Shown: in pieces, positions 1 to 9,475 of the stretch
Position numbering within the stretch: position 1 is the first letter of the stretch
Layout of the letters: every line of letters starts with the position of its first letter
IMG/VR virus record: IMGVR_UViG_3300033978_000477
Span: 1-64,000 of that record
Reading direction: 5' to 3' (one strand)
DNA length: 64,000 bases
Source: a virus
Position numbers and translations under genes: made by a program
The notes under the pieces: generated by a model
Told to the model about the DNA's origin: nothing
Seen by the model: the letters and a program-made list of their open reading frames with translations, nothing else
Database searches by the model: none

Positions 1-463
1 TCAGCAGATGAGCAAGGCCGTGCTCGGGCAGACCGAGACGGTACAGTCCTCAAACAGCAGCGGCTACGCGCAAGCGAAGGTGCATGAGCGCGTTGGCGGA
101 ACTCTCCTCAAGTCCCGCGCCAAGTCTGTAGCTGCGGACATCACTCGTGACCTTGTTCAGCCGTTCATCGAATGGAACTTCGGCAAGGGCTACGAGGTGC
201 CCCGGTTCGAGTTCATCACTCAGGACCCGGTCGACATCGGCGGGTTCGCTGACGCCATCAGCAAGCTCGTCGGCTCCGGCCTGAACATCTCCCAGGAATG
301 GGTGCGTGACCAGATTGGCGCACCAGAGCCCATCGATGGTCAGGACGTGATGGGGGCAGATGTTGACCCAGCAGCGGAGCAGGAAGCCCCAGAGGCGCCG
401 CAGAGCAAGCCCGAGCCCCCTCCTGAAGAGGGAGAGCCGGAAGACGACGAAGACGCGGCCTAG
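1..463 (+). CDS. Portal protein, C-terminal part (Mu gp29/DUF935-like); 5' end lies outside the window
   Basis: MSKAVLGQT...GYAQAKVHERV...ITRDLVQPFIEWNFG...P.FEF matches the Mu gp29-type portal C-terminus; lies directly upstream of the protease. Confidence 0.8.
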   Translation, partial: QQMSKAVLGQTETVQSSNSSGYAQAKVHERVGGTLLKSRAKSVAADITRDLVQPFIEWNFGKGYEVPRFEFITQDPVDIGGFADAISKLVGSGLNISQEWVRDQIGAPEPIDGQDVMGADVDPAAEQEAPEAPQSKPEPPPEEGEPEDDEDAA

Positions 464-482
464 CGCCGTTTAGGAGGCGCGA

Positions 483-1523
483 ATGGCGCACGACATCGAG
501 ACCAAGCCGGTTCAGGCCTACGGGCTGAACGTGAAGAGCATTCGACCCGATACCCGGGAGGCGGACTTCGTCGCATCGACCGCTGCCATCGACTCGCACG
601 GCGAGATCGTTGAGCAGGTCTGGGACCTCGAACGGTACACGAAGAACCCCATCGTCCTTTACGGGCATGACCGATGGGACTTGCCAATCGGCAAGAGCAC
701 CAAGGTTGGCCTGGTGAATGGGCAGCTTGAGTGCACCATCCAGTTCGCGTCCAAGGAGATGAACGAGAAGGCCGAACAGGTCTGGCTCCAAGTCCAGGGC
801 GGGTTCCTCCGAGCGGTCAGCGTCGGCTTTCGCCCAAACGAGGTGAGGCTTGAGGTCCGTGACGGTGAGGACGTTTGGGTCCTGTCCAAAAACGAACTGC
901 TGGAGATCAGCGTCGTCCCGATTCCCTCGAATCCGGAGGCTCTGGCGAAGATGAAAGCCAAGGCGCGCGATGCGCTTCAGGCCACAACGGTCGCAACCGG
1001 CGACACGGAGAAATCAATGGAAGTCACCGAGCAGGCCGCGAAGGCCGAGCAAGAAGAGGCCGCTGCCGTCGCAGTGGTCGAGACCGTTACGCCCGCCGCA
1101 GAGCAAGCCACGGAACAGCCTGCCGAGAAGCAGGCCCCCGAGGCCGCGCACACTACCGCCGTCGAGTCGACGGACGACGTCGCGAGCAAGGCTGTTGCGG
1201 AGCGGGATGCCGCACTGAAGGCCGCCCAGGAAGCCCGCGCAGAGTTGGATGCGATTCGCGCCAAGGCGATTGCCAAAGAGGTGGATGACCTCGTGGGCAA
1301 GAAGTTCATGCCCGCCGCGAAGGACGCGTTCCTCGCCCTGGCCAACCTCTCCAAGAAGCACTTCGACGCCATCGTTGAACACCTTCCTCCGCTCAAGGTG
1401 CTGGACCAGGTGATTCCGCAGACGAACGACAAGGCCGTCGGCGCTGCTGACCTCGGTGAGTTGTTGCTCAAGGAGCAGGACGAAGACGCGCCGGCTCAGG
1501 GCGATCTCGGCTCGCTTCTGTAA
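483..1523 (+). CDS. HK97-family prohead protease with C-terminal scaffold region
   Basis: AST..IDSHGE, NPIVLYGHD...LPIGK, LRAVSVGF, LLEISVVPIPSNPEAL motifs; Ala/Glu-rich helical tail. Confidence 0.9.
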   Translation: MAHDIETKPVQAYGLNVKSIRPDTREADFVASTAAIDSHGEIVEQVWDLERYTKNPIVLYGHDRWDLPIGKSTKVGLVNGQLECTIQFASKEMNEKAEQVWLQVQGGFLRAVSVGFRPNEVRLEVRDGEDVWVLSKNELLEISVVPIPSNPEALAKMKAKARDALQATTVATGDTEKSMEVTEQAAKAEQEEAAAVAVVETVTPAAEQATEQPAEKQAPEAAHTTAVESTDDVASKAVAERDAALKAAQEARAELDAIRAKAIAKEVDDLVGKKFMPAAKDAFLALANLSKKHFDAIVEHLPPLKVLDQVIPQTNDKAVGAADLGELLLKEQDEDAPAQGDLGSLL

Positions 1524-1638
1524 CCCGTTCGGCGCGCCGCAGGCCGCCACCAATCGAAACAAGTCAACCGGCGCGAATCCAGCCGACTGCATACGACGCA
1601 GTGGGAACGGGAGAGGTGCGTCCTGAAGAGGCAAACAC

Positions 1639-2049
1639 ATGGCTACTCGTCCCCATATCAAGAACCAAAACGCGCTCGTCCAGGCATTCGTCGTCCCCGC
1701 CACCAAGGCTGTCACGCTCGGTAAGCGGGTGAAGTTCAGCGGCGCGGACAACGCCGTCGAAGACTGCGGCGCCAACGAGGACGGCATCGGCATCGCGATG
1801 GAATCCGGCGTTGCCGGCGACACCGTATCCATCGCCCTCGAAGGCTTCGCGGTTGTCGAGGCTCTTGTCGGCACCGGCGGCGCGACGCGCGGCGCATACG
1901 CCAAGTTCCTCGCCGACGGCTTCACCGACCAGGCGACCGCTGACGGTACCACCGTCCGATTCCTCGCCGGCAAGTTCATGCAGAGCGGCGTTGCGGGTGA
2001 CCGCGTCGGTCTTCTGCTGGGCGTCACCTCGCCGCACTCCACGTCCTAA
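1639..2049 (+). CDS. Head decoration/cement protein (DUF2190-like)
   Basis: 136 aa, Gly/Ala-rich beta protein (GIGIA...AGDTVSI) between protease and capsid genes. Confidence 0.7.
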   Translation: MATRPHIKNQNALVQAFVVPATKAVTLGKRVKFSGADNAVEDCGANEDGIGIAMESGVAGDTVSIALEGFAVVEALVGTGGATRGAYAKFLADGFTDQATADGTTVRFLAGKFMQSGVAGDRVGLLLGVTSPHSTS

Positions 2050-2175
2050 CGGACAGACAAGCGCTTTGAGGGCTCGCGCTTTCCACCACTGAGCCCTCAC
2101 CCAACAACGCCACAAGACGTGTCTCGCAGGGTGCGGAACGCGACGGCGGCGCTCGACTTTTGACCAGAGGATTCA

Positions 2176-3231
2176 ATGCAATTCGACACCAAGAACGACG
2201 TCGTCGCTCGCGCCAAGGCCCTCATTGCGGACCCCCGCAACAAGGAGCTTGTGCTCCGCGCCAATGAGGCGCTCGTTCGCTGCAAGGGCATCGCTGGCTC
2301 CCTGCACAACGACACCACCCTCACCAACCTGTCCATCCAGTACAAGAACCCCTCCCTCATCGGCCTCCAGCTGATGCCGGTGGTGAAGGTGGACAAGCTC
2401 TCGAACAAGTTCGCCAAGTACTCCCAGCGCGACCGTCTGGCGGTGCCATCGGACGAGGTGACCAACCGCTCCATCCCCAACGAGGTCAGCGAGAACCGCT
2501 CGTTCGACAACTACAGCTGCAAGCAGTACGCGCTGCTCAACTACATCGACGAGATGGAACTCCAGAACCAGGACGCTCCGCTCAACGAGATGGTTGACCT
2601 GATGGCCGCGGTGAACGACGCGCTGGCCTTGGCTGAGGAGCAACGCATCGCGACCATCCTCACCACGGCCGCGAACTTCCCCACCGCGAACAAGGTCACC
2701 CTGTCCGGCACGGACCGCTGGTCCATCACCGGTGCGGAAGGCAGCACCAGCGACCCCATCCGTGACATCCAGGTTGCCAACCGTGCGGTGTGGAGTGGCT
2801 TCGGCAACACCAAGCGCATCGGCTACTGCTCCGGCTCGGTGTTCGATGTGCTCAAGCGGCACTCGAAGATCTCCGACCGCTTCAAGTACGTGCAGAGCGG
2901 TCTCCCGCTGCGCACGCAGATCGCGCAGATGCTGGAGCTTGACGACATCCTCGTCGGCGACGCGTGGAACGACACGGCCAACATCGGCCAGGCGCAGAGC
3001 AACGCCCGCATCTGGGGCGCCTACTTCGGAGTGGTCTCGGTGGCATCGTCCCCGAGCACCCGCAGCGCGCACTTCGGCTCCACATTCCGCATGGGCGACA
3101 AGGTCTCGAACCAGTGGTTCGACCCGAAGATCGGCATGGCCGGCGGCTACTACGCCAAGGTCGGTATGGCGGAGGATCACAAGATCGTCGCCAGCGATGC
3201 CGGGTACCTCATCTCCGCCACGGTGGCCTAA
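2176..3231 (+). CDS. Major capsid protein
   Basis: 351 aa; LTNLSIQYKN...LMPVVKV, LSGTDRWS...SDPIRDI, AGYLI C-terminus; gene position. Confidence 0.85.
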   Translation: MQFDTKNDVVARAKALIADPRNKELVLRANEALVRCKGIAGSLHNDTTLTNLSIQYKNPSLIGLQLMPVVKVDKLSNKFAKYSQRDRLAVPSDEVTNRSIPNEVSENRSFDNYSCKQYALLNYIDEMELQNQDAPLNEMVDLMAAVNDALALAEEQRIATILTTAANFPTANKVTLSGTDRWSITGAEGSTSDPIRDIQVANRAVWSGFGNTKRIGYCSGSVFDVLKRHSKISDRFKYVQSGLPLRTQIAQMLELDDILVGDAWNDTANIGQAQSNARIWGAYFGVVSVASSPSTRSAHFGSTFRMGDKVSNQWFDPKIGMAGGYYAKVGMAEDHKIVASDAGYLISATVA

Positions 3232-3428
3232 TGGCATCGCCGAAGAAGGAAGCGCCTCCTGAGGGAGAGCAGTCCAAGGAACAGACCCCGGTCGAGGCAC
3301 CGAAGAAGGTGCACTTGGTCAGGCTCGGTGTTGGAGCAGTCCAGCACCACGCAGGCCACTTCAGGGAGGGCGAGCCCGTTCCTGAAGAGCTTGTGGCAGA
3401 GCTTGCGGACCTGGTCGAGGAAGCGTGA
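3231..3428 (+). CDS. Small head-associated hypothetical protein (MASPKKEAPP...)
   Basis: ATG overlaps capsid stop (TAATG); typical small post-capsid gene. Confidence 0.6.
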   Translation: MASPKKEAPPEGEQSKEQTPVEAPKKVHLVRLGVGAVQHHAGHFREGEPVPEELVAELADLVEEA

Positions 3429-3508
3429 CACAACGGTGAGGCCTTACGGGGCCTCACTTTAACCCCCACGGTGTCGAGGCCTTCGGGTCGCCACGCCGTG
3501 GTTCTTTC

Positions 3509-3615
3509 GCACGATGTCATTGCGGGACAGAGCCGCATGCCTCCTTTAGAGGACGGCCGCCTATAAGCGAAAGCGAAGGGCGTCATCCGGTGGTGCAACT
3601 CCACCATCGTGCACC
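3509..3615 (+). ncRNA. tRNA-like structured RNA with expanded interior
   Basis: GCACGAT pairs with ATCGTGC followed by ACC; T-arm GGTGG-TGCAACT-CCACC; internal hairpins. Confidence 0.5.
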
Positions 3616-3698
3616 GGGGCAGCAGTTGGGCCCCACATACGCTCATCCGGCACGACCGGAAAGAGTAACGGCGTCATCCGCAAGGGTGGCGCCAGCAT

Positions 3699-3773
3699 GG
3701 GGCAGCAAGCCGCAAGGCGCGGCTCCCGATTCCAAATCGGGGAGAGCTTGGTTCGATCCCAAGGCGTCCCGCC
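3699..3773 (+). tRNA. Atypical tRNA-Trp(CCA)
   Basis: D-arm GCCG-CAAGGCG-CGGC; anticodon arm CCCGA-TTCCAAA-TCGGG; T-arm CTTGG-TTCGATC-CCAAG; G discriminator plus encoded CCA; acceptor stem needs one bulged A. Confidence 0.6.
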
Positions 3774-3797
3774 AATCACCGCCAGCGAGGCAAGACC

Positions 3798-4292
3798 ATG
3801 ACCGTCGCGACCTACTTCTTCACCGACGCAGAGCTTGCCCAGCGCATCGGCAAAGACGCGGTGCGCGCGTTGTTCGACGACAATCAGGACGGTGTTGCAG
3901 ACACCGACAACCTGACTGCCATCAAGCGCGACGCGACGGCATGCGTTGCAGGCTACATGCGCGGCATCTACGCGCTTCCGCTGGAAGAGCCGGTGTCGAA
4001 CGAGGTCAAGCGCCTCGCCCTCGATGTCGCCGTTGCCTACGCGGCAGAGCGGCACCCCGAGTACGTTCGTCGAGATTGGCGCGCAGCTTGGGAGAAGGTG
4101 CGGCAAGAGCTTTGCGATGTCCGCAACGGCAAGACCCGCCTCGACATCTCCCCGAGCACCAACCCCGCAATCGCGCCGTCCAACGTCGGCGGTTCGGTTG
4201 GGACGGTAGTCTCCTCCGAGCAAGCCAACGGGAAGTCCGCCACCGCGGCACCAGAGGCTGGTTCGTTCTGGGGTGAGATGGGCGACTTCTAG
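3798..4292 (+). CDS. Head-tail adaptor (Mu gp36/DUF1320-like)
   Basis: Y.T.AEL..RIG...L.DD..DG..D...L..I..A...V.GY...Y.LPL pattern. Confidence 0.8.
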   Translation: MTVATYFFTDAELAQRIGKDAVRALFDDNQDGVADTDNLTAIKRDATACVAGYMRGIYALPLEEPVSNEVKRLALDVAVAYAAERHPEYVRRDWRAAWEKVRQELCDVRNGKTRLDISPSTNPAIAPSNVGGSVGTVVSSEQANGKSATAAPEAGSFWGEMGDF

Positions 4293-4294
4293 TC

Positions 4295-4678
4295 GTGACC
4301 ATCAGCATCGAGTTCGAGGGCATCGAGGAGTTCCGCCGCAACTGCCAAGAGGCAGCCAAGGAACTCGATGCCGGTCTCTACTCCGCGGTGAAGGAAGCCG
4401 CGGAAGCGGGCGCACTCGAAGCGCGCACCAACCACCCGTACACCAACCGTACCGGGATGCTCGAAGCGAACACCGTTGCGCTGATGCTGCGGCAGGGGTT
4501 CGCAAACTACGAGGGAGAGATCTTCGCGAACCGCGAATACGCCTCCTACGTCAACGATGGGACGAGCCGTTCGAGGCCATACCCCTTCATGCCCCAGGCA
4601 GAGGCGAAAGCCCGCCAGGTGTTCGACTTCATCACCGGGAGCACCGTTGCAAGGGTCCTGGCCATCCTGAACCGCTGA
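4295..4678 (+). CDS. Neck/tail completion protein (HK97 gp10-like)
   Basis: RTGML and YASYVNDGTSRSRPYPFM motifs. Confidence 0.75.
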   Translation: MTISIEFEGIEEFRRNCQEAAKELDAGLYSAVKEAAEAGALEARTNHPYTNRTGMLEANTVALMLRQGFANYEGEIFANREYASYVNDGTSRSRPYPFMPQAEAKARQVFDFITGSTVARVLAILNR

Positions 4679-4682
4679 GCCC

Positions 4683-5651
4683 ATGCCCAACCTCCTAGGA
4701 CCTCTCGCACTGCCGATCCCGGCAACGGAGCAGGAGGATAGCGCGGGCGATCCGCTCCTCGACTTGCTTGGCGAGTTCCTGACAGCGGCCATCAATGAAG
4801 AGTGCACGAACGCATGGCGCGAGCTGTCGAAGGACAGCACGGAAGCCGTCAATGCAGTCTTCACCTTCGACCCGAAGCAGCGCGGCGTTGAGTCCAAGAA
4901 GTTCCCGGCGCTGTTCATCTGGCGCACGGAGGACGGCGTAGACCGGCAGGTCGGTGATCTGCACATCTCCACCAACACAATCCAGATCCTCTGGGTGATG
5001 CCGGGACACTCAGGGCGGCCCCAGGTGACACGCAGAGACCCGTTCTGGCATGGGGTGATGTCTGCGGCACGGCTCGCGCTCACAAGCGACAGGCACCCCG
5101 CCTGGACGCACGTAGACGACGACACCGAAGGCGGCGCCTTCTACGGCTCCTGCTTCTCTAAGTGGGCCAACCTCTACTCGGAGCCCAAGGTCGGTAGGGC
5201 CAAGCCAGAGAAGCTGTCCGTCGAGTTCGTTGGCAGCAAGGACATGGTCCCAGAATACGTCGGCGCCTCACTGATGCTGATGGTGGATGAGACCGCGACC
5301 GGCACCGGTGCACCGGCACTGCCCTTCAACGGCGGCATCACCGGCACCATCGTCACGGGAGAAGACCAGGGGCATACCCACCTTGCATTCGAGCTTGGTG
5401 TGAAGGTCTTCGCTCTGTCCGCTTCGACTGGCGACATTGCCGGCGGAGAGACCTTGACCATCATCGGCAACGGATTCGCCGAAGGCTGCACTGTCCTGTT
5501 CGGGACGGTGGCCGCGGCATCGGTCGAGTTCGACTCCGAGACAGAGCTGACCGTCGTCACGCCTGCCCATGCGGCGGGCTTGGTTGACGTGACGGTGACG
5601 AACCCATCCGGCGAGCTTGGCGTCCTTGGGGGCGCGTTCACCTTCGCCTGA
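4683..5651 (+). CDS. Tail terminator-like protein with C-terminal IPT/TIG Ig domain
   Basis: FPALFIWR N-terminal domain; GDIAGGETLTIIGNGF...VLFG...TELTVVTPAH..GLVDVTVTNP is a classic IPT/TIG domain. Confidence 0.7.
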   Translation: MPNLLGPLALPIPATEQEDSAGDPLLDLLGEFLTAAINEECTNAWRELSKDSTEAVNAVFTFDPKQRGVESKKFPALFIWRTEDGVDRQVGDLHISTNTIQILWVMPGHSGRPQVTRRDPFWHGVMSAARLALTSDRHPAWTHVDDDTEGGAFYGSCFSKWANLYSEPKVGRAKPEKLSVEFVGSKDMVPEYVGASLMLMVDETATGTGAPALPFNGGITGTIVTGEDQGHTHLAFELGVKVFALSASTGDIAGGETLTIIGNGFAEGCTVLFGTVAAASVEFDSETELTVVTPAHAAGLVDVTVTNPSGELGVLGGAFTFA

Positions 5652-5695
5652 ACAACACATCTGCCTCGCATCCGGCGAGCACTGGAGACTCCTGA

Positions 5696-6265
5696 ATGCA
5701 GCGCACCATCAGCGTCATTGCGAACCCGTTCCACTTCATTGACGCCAACAACCGCCCCGCAGGCGTTGTCCCGGTGCCAGGTTTCCCAGGCCGCTACATC
5801 GGCGCCTTCCTCGACCACGAGGCCACCAGCAAGACGCGCTCAGAAGAGAAGATGGCCCGCCGGGGCGGGAAATCTGTCTTCGGCTACTTCGCCGACGCAG
5901 ATGGCAAGCTGAAGCCGCAGAAGCTACCGGGGGACACTGGCTTCCTCGCTGGCATCTCCGCATCGATTCATGACGGCGCCATCCTCGCCGCAGACCTTGA
6001 GACCGCCGCGATGGTTGGCCTCAGCGCTCAGGCGTTCAAGGACCCCTACGAGCAACTGAAGGTTGAGCGCGACGCAGCTGTCGCCCGTCTGGAAGCAGAG
6101 GGCCGCAAGCCTGGTGCTTGGGCGACGGATGACAAGTTCTTCGCTCCACCGCAGGAGCCAACGCCAGAGGCGCAAGCCCAGGCAGAGCAACCCAAGGCCG
6201 AGGCAGAGCCGGAGCCCAAACAACCGCAGCGCGAGAAGAGCGCTGAGAAAGACAGCGCACAATGA
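5696..6265 (+). CDS. Hypothetical protein before tail sheath
   Basis: RBS GGAG; stop overlaps the sheath start. Confidence 0.6.
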   Translation: MQRTISVIANPFHFIDANNRPAGVVPVPGFPGRYIGAFLDHEATSKTRSEEKMARRGGKSVFGYFADADGKLKPQKLPGDTGFLAGISASIHDGAILAADLETAAMVGLSAQAFKDPYEQLKVERDAAVARLEAEGRKPGAWATDDKFFAPPQEPTPEAQAQAEQPKAEAEPEPKQPQREKSAEKDSAQ

Positions 6266-7782
6266 GTGGACCGTTCGATACGGGCGTCTCCGCCTCGTAC
6301 AAGGTTCCCGGGTTCTTCGGGAAGATCATCTTCGGCGCGGGCACTGTCAGTGCGGGCGCTGTTCGGCTTGTCTGTCTCCTGGTCGGCATGAAGACCAGCG
6401 CTGGAAGCCTCACGGTGGACAGTCAGATCGCCGACGGCACCAGCCAGGAAGAGGCAGACTCCTACGCGGGCGCCGGCTCGCAACTGGCGCGCATGGCGTA
6501 CTCCGCGCTTCAGGTGCCGACGGTCAAGCTCAAGATGGCAGCCGTCACCGAGCCCGGCGGCGGCACCGCTGCAACCGTCACCATCGTCCTCACCGGCACC
6601 ATCACTGCGGCAGGTGAGACCCACATCCGCATCGCAGGCAAGAGCTACAAGACGGCCTTCCTCGCGACCGACACCCTGGACACCATCGGCGCAGCGGTCG
6701 TCGCGAAGATCTCATCGGACACCCGCTGCCCGTTCTCCGCGGCCTACAACAGCAGCACCGACACCATCACCCTGACGTGCCGCAACAAGGGCACGCAGGG
6801 GCGAGACTGGATCGTCTACTGGGTGACCGATGACATCGCTGCATCCGGCCTCATCGGCACGATTGCCGGCAGCTCTACCGTCAACACTGGCGGTGTCCGA
6901 GCCGGCGCAGCATCGTCAGGCACCGGTTCGGAGGACGTCACCTCGCTCCTCACCAAGCTCCTGACGAACCGCTACGCTCGCGTCGCTGTCGGTCACAACG
7001 ACACCACGAACGCTGCGCTCTGGGAGGCCCACGTCAACGCCAAGGCGCTTGCCACCACGATGCTGTATGACCAACTGGTCTTCGGCTTCAACGGCACCTA
7101 CGCCAACGCCATCAGCCTCGCGGCAACGACCCTCAACGCGCACCGCGCGCAAGTCGTTTGGCATCGCAACAGCGAAAGCCACCCCTGCGAGATCGCGGCC
7201 TACGTGGCAGCGAAGCGCTCGGTGGTGGAGCAGGCGACTTGGGTGCCGGACTACGATGGTCTGGAACTCACCCCCATCGCGCCTCAGGCGTTCGATGCGG
7301 ACAAGCCCACGCCGCCCGAGCAAGACGCCGCCCTCAACAACGGCGTCACACCATGCACCACGGTCAACGGCGTTGCGGTCTGCGTCCGCGCCATCACCAC
7401 GTACTGCCTGAACGGCACTGCGCAGGACGAACGCTGCCTCGACATCGGCGATGCGGTCTGCCCGGACCAGGCGATGATCGATCTGCAACTCTTCTGGTCC
7501 ACGGAGTTCCGTCCGGCCAATCCATACGTCGGTCCCGATCCGGCGGAGGGAGACCCCGAGCCCCCCAGCGGCGTTGCCTTCCCCAAGCTCTGGAACGGCA
7601 AGGTCGTTCAGAAGCTGGAGGAGTGGGGCCGCGCCGGCTGGATGAAGTTCCCGCCGACCGGCATCTGGGCGCCGACGTCGACCTTCGTTGAAGCCTCCGA
7701 GGCCATTGCGACGGTCATCCCTCTTCCAGTTCGACGCCTGCAACACCGCACCGACCAGGTGATGCGCCAGACCGCGAGCTGA
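6262..7782 (+). CDS. Contractile tail sheath protein (Mu gpL-like)
   Basis: KVPGFF, GAGSQLARM, EQDAALNNGVTP, RAITTY motifs. Confidence 0.9.
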   Translation: MSGPFDTGVSASYKVPGFFGKIIFGAGTVSAGAVRLVCLLVGMKTSAGSLTVDSQIADGTSQEEADSYAGAGSQLARMAYSALQVPTVKLKMAAVTEPGGGTAATVTIVLTGTITAAGETHIRIAGKSYKTAFLATDTLDTIGAAVVAKISSDTRCPFSAAYNSSTDTITLTCRNKGTQGRDWIVYWVTDDIAASGLIGTIAGSSTVNTGGVRAGAASSGTGSEDVTSLLTKLLTNRYARVAVGHNDTTNAALWEAHVNAKALATTMLYDQLVFGFNGTYANAISLAATTLNAHRAQVVWHRNSESHPCEIAAYVAAKRSVVEQATWVPDYDGLELTPIAPQAFDADKPTPPEQDAALNNGVTPCTTVNGVAVCVRAITTYCLNGTAQDERCLDIGDAVCPDQAMIDLQLFWSTEFRPANPYVGPDPAEGDPEPPSGVAFPKLWNGKVVQKLEEWGRAGWMKFPPTGIWAPTSTFVEASEAIATVIPLPVRRLQHRTDQVMRQTAS

Positions 7783-7804
7783 GAGGCGCGCGCAACCATC
7801 AACC

Positions 7805-7844
7805 CCGCCCTGCTGGCATGAGTCGGCAGGGCGGTCCTGTTTTT
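7805..7844 (+). terminator. Strong hairpin with T-tract between sheath and tube genes
   Basis: CCGCCCTGCTGGC-ATGA-GTCGGCAGGGCGG then TCCTGTTTTT. Confidence 0.45.
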
Positions 7845-7881
7845 CGCGCGGTCTCTTTCCGCGCCCGAAAGGACCACGCCA

Positions 7882-8265
7882 ATGGCAGCCCCCCGGATTC
7901 GCTCGCTCGCCTTCTACTACAAGGGCAAGAAGGCCGTCACCGTCAACAAGTTCTCCATCAAGTACAACCTCAACCGCTCGGCGCAGTTCGGGCATGACGA
8001 GTACCTTGCCCACGCCGAAGGCATCGGCATGGTGCAGATCACATGCACCGAAGTCGTCACCGTCTCCGGCTCCACCACGGTCGACGACCTGGAGAACATC
8101 CTGCTGAAGGGCGGTCGCGTGAAGTGCTCCGCCATCATCGGCGGTCGCTTCCAAGAGTTCGAGCTGACGGTGACCGACCTGAACTACGAGTCTGACTCGC
8201 AGGCTGGTACGGCCACTGGCAACATCACCCTTGAAGGCGCGCTGCCCGCTGGCGTGTCCGGCTAA
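7882..8265 (+). CDS. Tail tube protein
   Basis: 127 aa beta-rich protein directly after the sheath gene. Confidence 0.7.
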   Translation: MAAPRIRSLAFYYKGKKAVTVNKFSIKYNLNRSAQFGHDEYLAHAEGIGMVQITCTEVVTVSGSTTVDDLENILLKGGRVKCSAIIGGRFQEFELTVTDLNYESDSQAGTATGNITLEGALPAGVSG

Positions 8266-8909
8266 TGGCTACGCTGAAGCAAGTGTCCGAGCGCTTCGCC
8301 CACCTTCAGGGCGGAAAGCGGCAACGCTTCACCGTAGAGCTTCCGCTGGATGCTGTTTACGACGAAGAGAAGGCCGTCTACACGGGCCAGACCATCAAGG
8401 TAGACGTTACCCCGCTGGACATGCAGGAGGAGATCCTGGTGCTCGCGGGGGCCCGGCAATTCGCGGCAGACAACGGGGGCAAGGAAGACGACCCTGGCGA
8501 CCCCATCTACGAGAAGGGGGCAAGGCTCAACACTTTGCTTCTGGCGTGCGTCGACCACGAGAGCCCGAAGGATGCGCCGGTTCCGTTCTTCTCTTCGGTC
8601 TCGGAGATACTCCAGCAGAAGCTCCTGTCACCCGACCACCTAGCCATTCTGCACGAAGCGCAGATGACGCATCAGGATCAGTGCTCCCCCCGCAAGCTGG
8701 ACATCCCGGCTAGCCAGTACATCGCGACAGTGGTGCACATGGCGGGAGGGAACCTCCCTTTTTTTCTCAGGCTGCGGCCAGGCATGCAGTGGAGCTTGGT
8801 GCATACTATGGCCAAGCAGCTTCTAGACTCACAAGCGCTCAAGTCGCTCTATTCCTTGCCCTCCGACACGACGACGCCGGATACGAGCGAGCCTTCGGTG
8901 AGTGAGTGA
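8265..8909 (+). CDS. Tail assembly chaperone with probable -1 frameshift
   Basis: Between tube and tape measure; in-frame slippery heptamer C CCT TTT at 8756-8762. Confidence 0.65.
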   Translation: MATLKQVSERFAHLQGGKRQRFTVELPLDAVYDEEKAVYTGQTIKVDVTPLDMQEEILVLAGARQFAADNGGKEDDPGDPIYEKGARLNTLLLACVDHESPKDAPVPFFSSVSEILQQKLLSPDHLAILHEAQMTHQDQCSPRKLDIPASQYIATVVHMAGGNLPFFLRLRPGMQWSLVHTMAKQLLDSQALKSLYSLPSDTTTPDTSEPSVSE

Positions 8910-9475
8910 GCACGTTCTCCCAACTGGCCAAGGAGGTCATCGAGCCGCCGATGACCATCACTGTCCCAAAGAACGTCTGGGCTCACACGTGGGAAGAGCG
9001 ACCGAAGACGGACCTCCTCGCCGGGATGCGACTCATCTCGGACGCTGAGGTTCAGGCCGGACAACATCTCGCCCGCAAGTTCGCTACGGATCTTCACCCT
9101 GGCGACACGATGCGGGACCGAGAGCTTTGGGTGATGGCCTACGAGGACGCACTCATCCGCCACGTAGCCGCACGCTCACTATGCGACCCGCACAACGTTG
9201 ATGAGCCGTTTCGGGCAATCGCCCCGGCGCCTGAGGACATCATGGCGTCGAAGGACTATGTGCAGCCGGATGGCGTTCGATTCCTGTTCGACGCATACGA
9301 GCGCCTGCGCATCGAGTTGGACCCGACGCAGCCACTGCTTGAAGACGGGCAGTTGATGGACCTGGTCGATGCGTTCGACCTTCACATCGACGAACTGTCA
9401 CCGACGAAGGCCGGACGCATTCGAAGGCTCCTCTCCTACTGCCTCTCCGAACTGACAGAGCAAACCAATGGCTGA
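8906..9475 (+). CDS. Second tail assembly chaperone-like protein
   Basis: Position before tape measure; GTGA coupling; helical acidic protein. Confidence 0.55.
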   Translation: MSTFSQLAKEVIEPPMTITVPKNVWAHTWEERPKTDLLAGMRLISDAEVQAGQHLARKFATDLHPGDTMRDRELWVMAYEDALIRHVAARSLCDPHNVDEPFRAIAPAPEDIMASKDYVQPDGVRFLFDAYERLRIELDPTQPLLEDGQLMDLVDAFDLHIDELSPTKAGRIRRLLSYCLSELTEQTNG

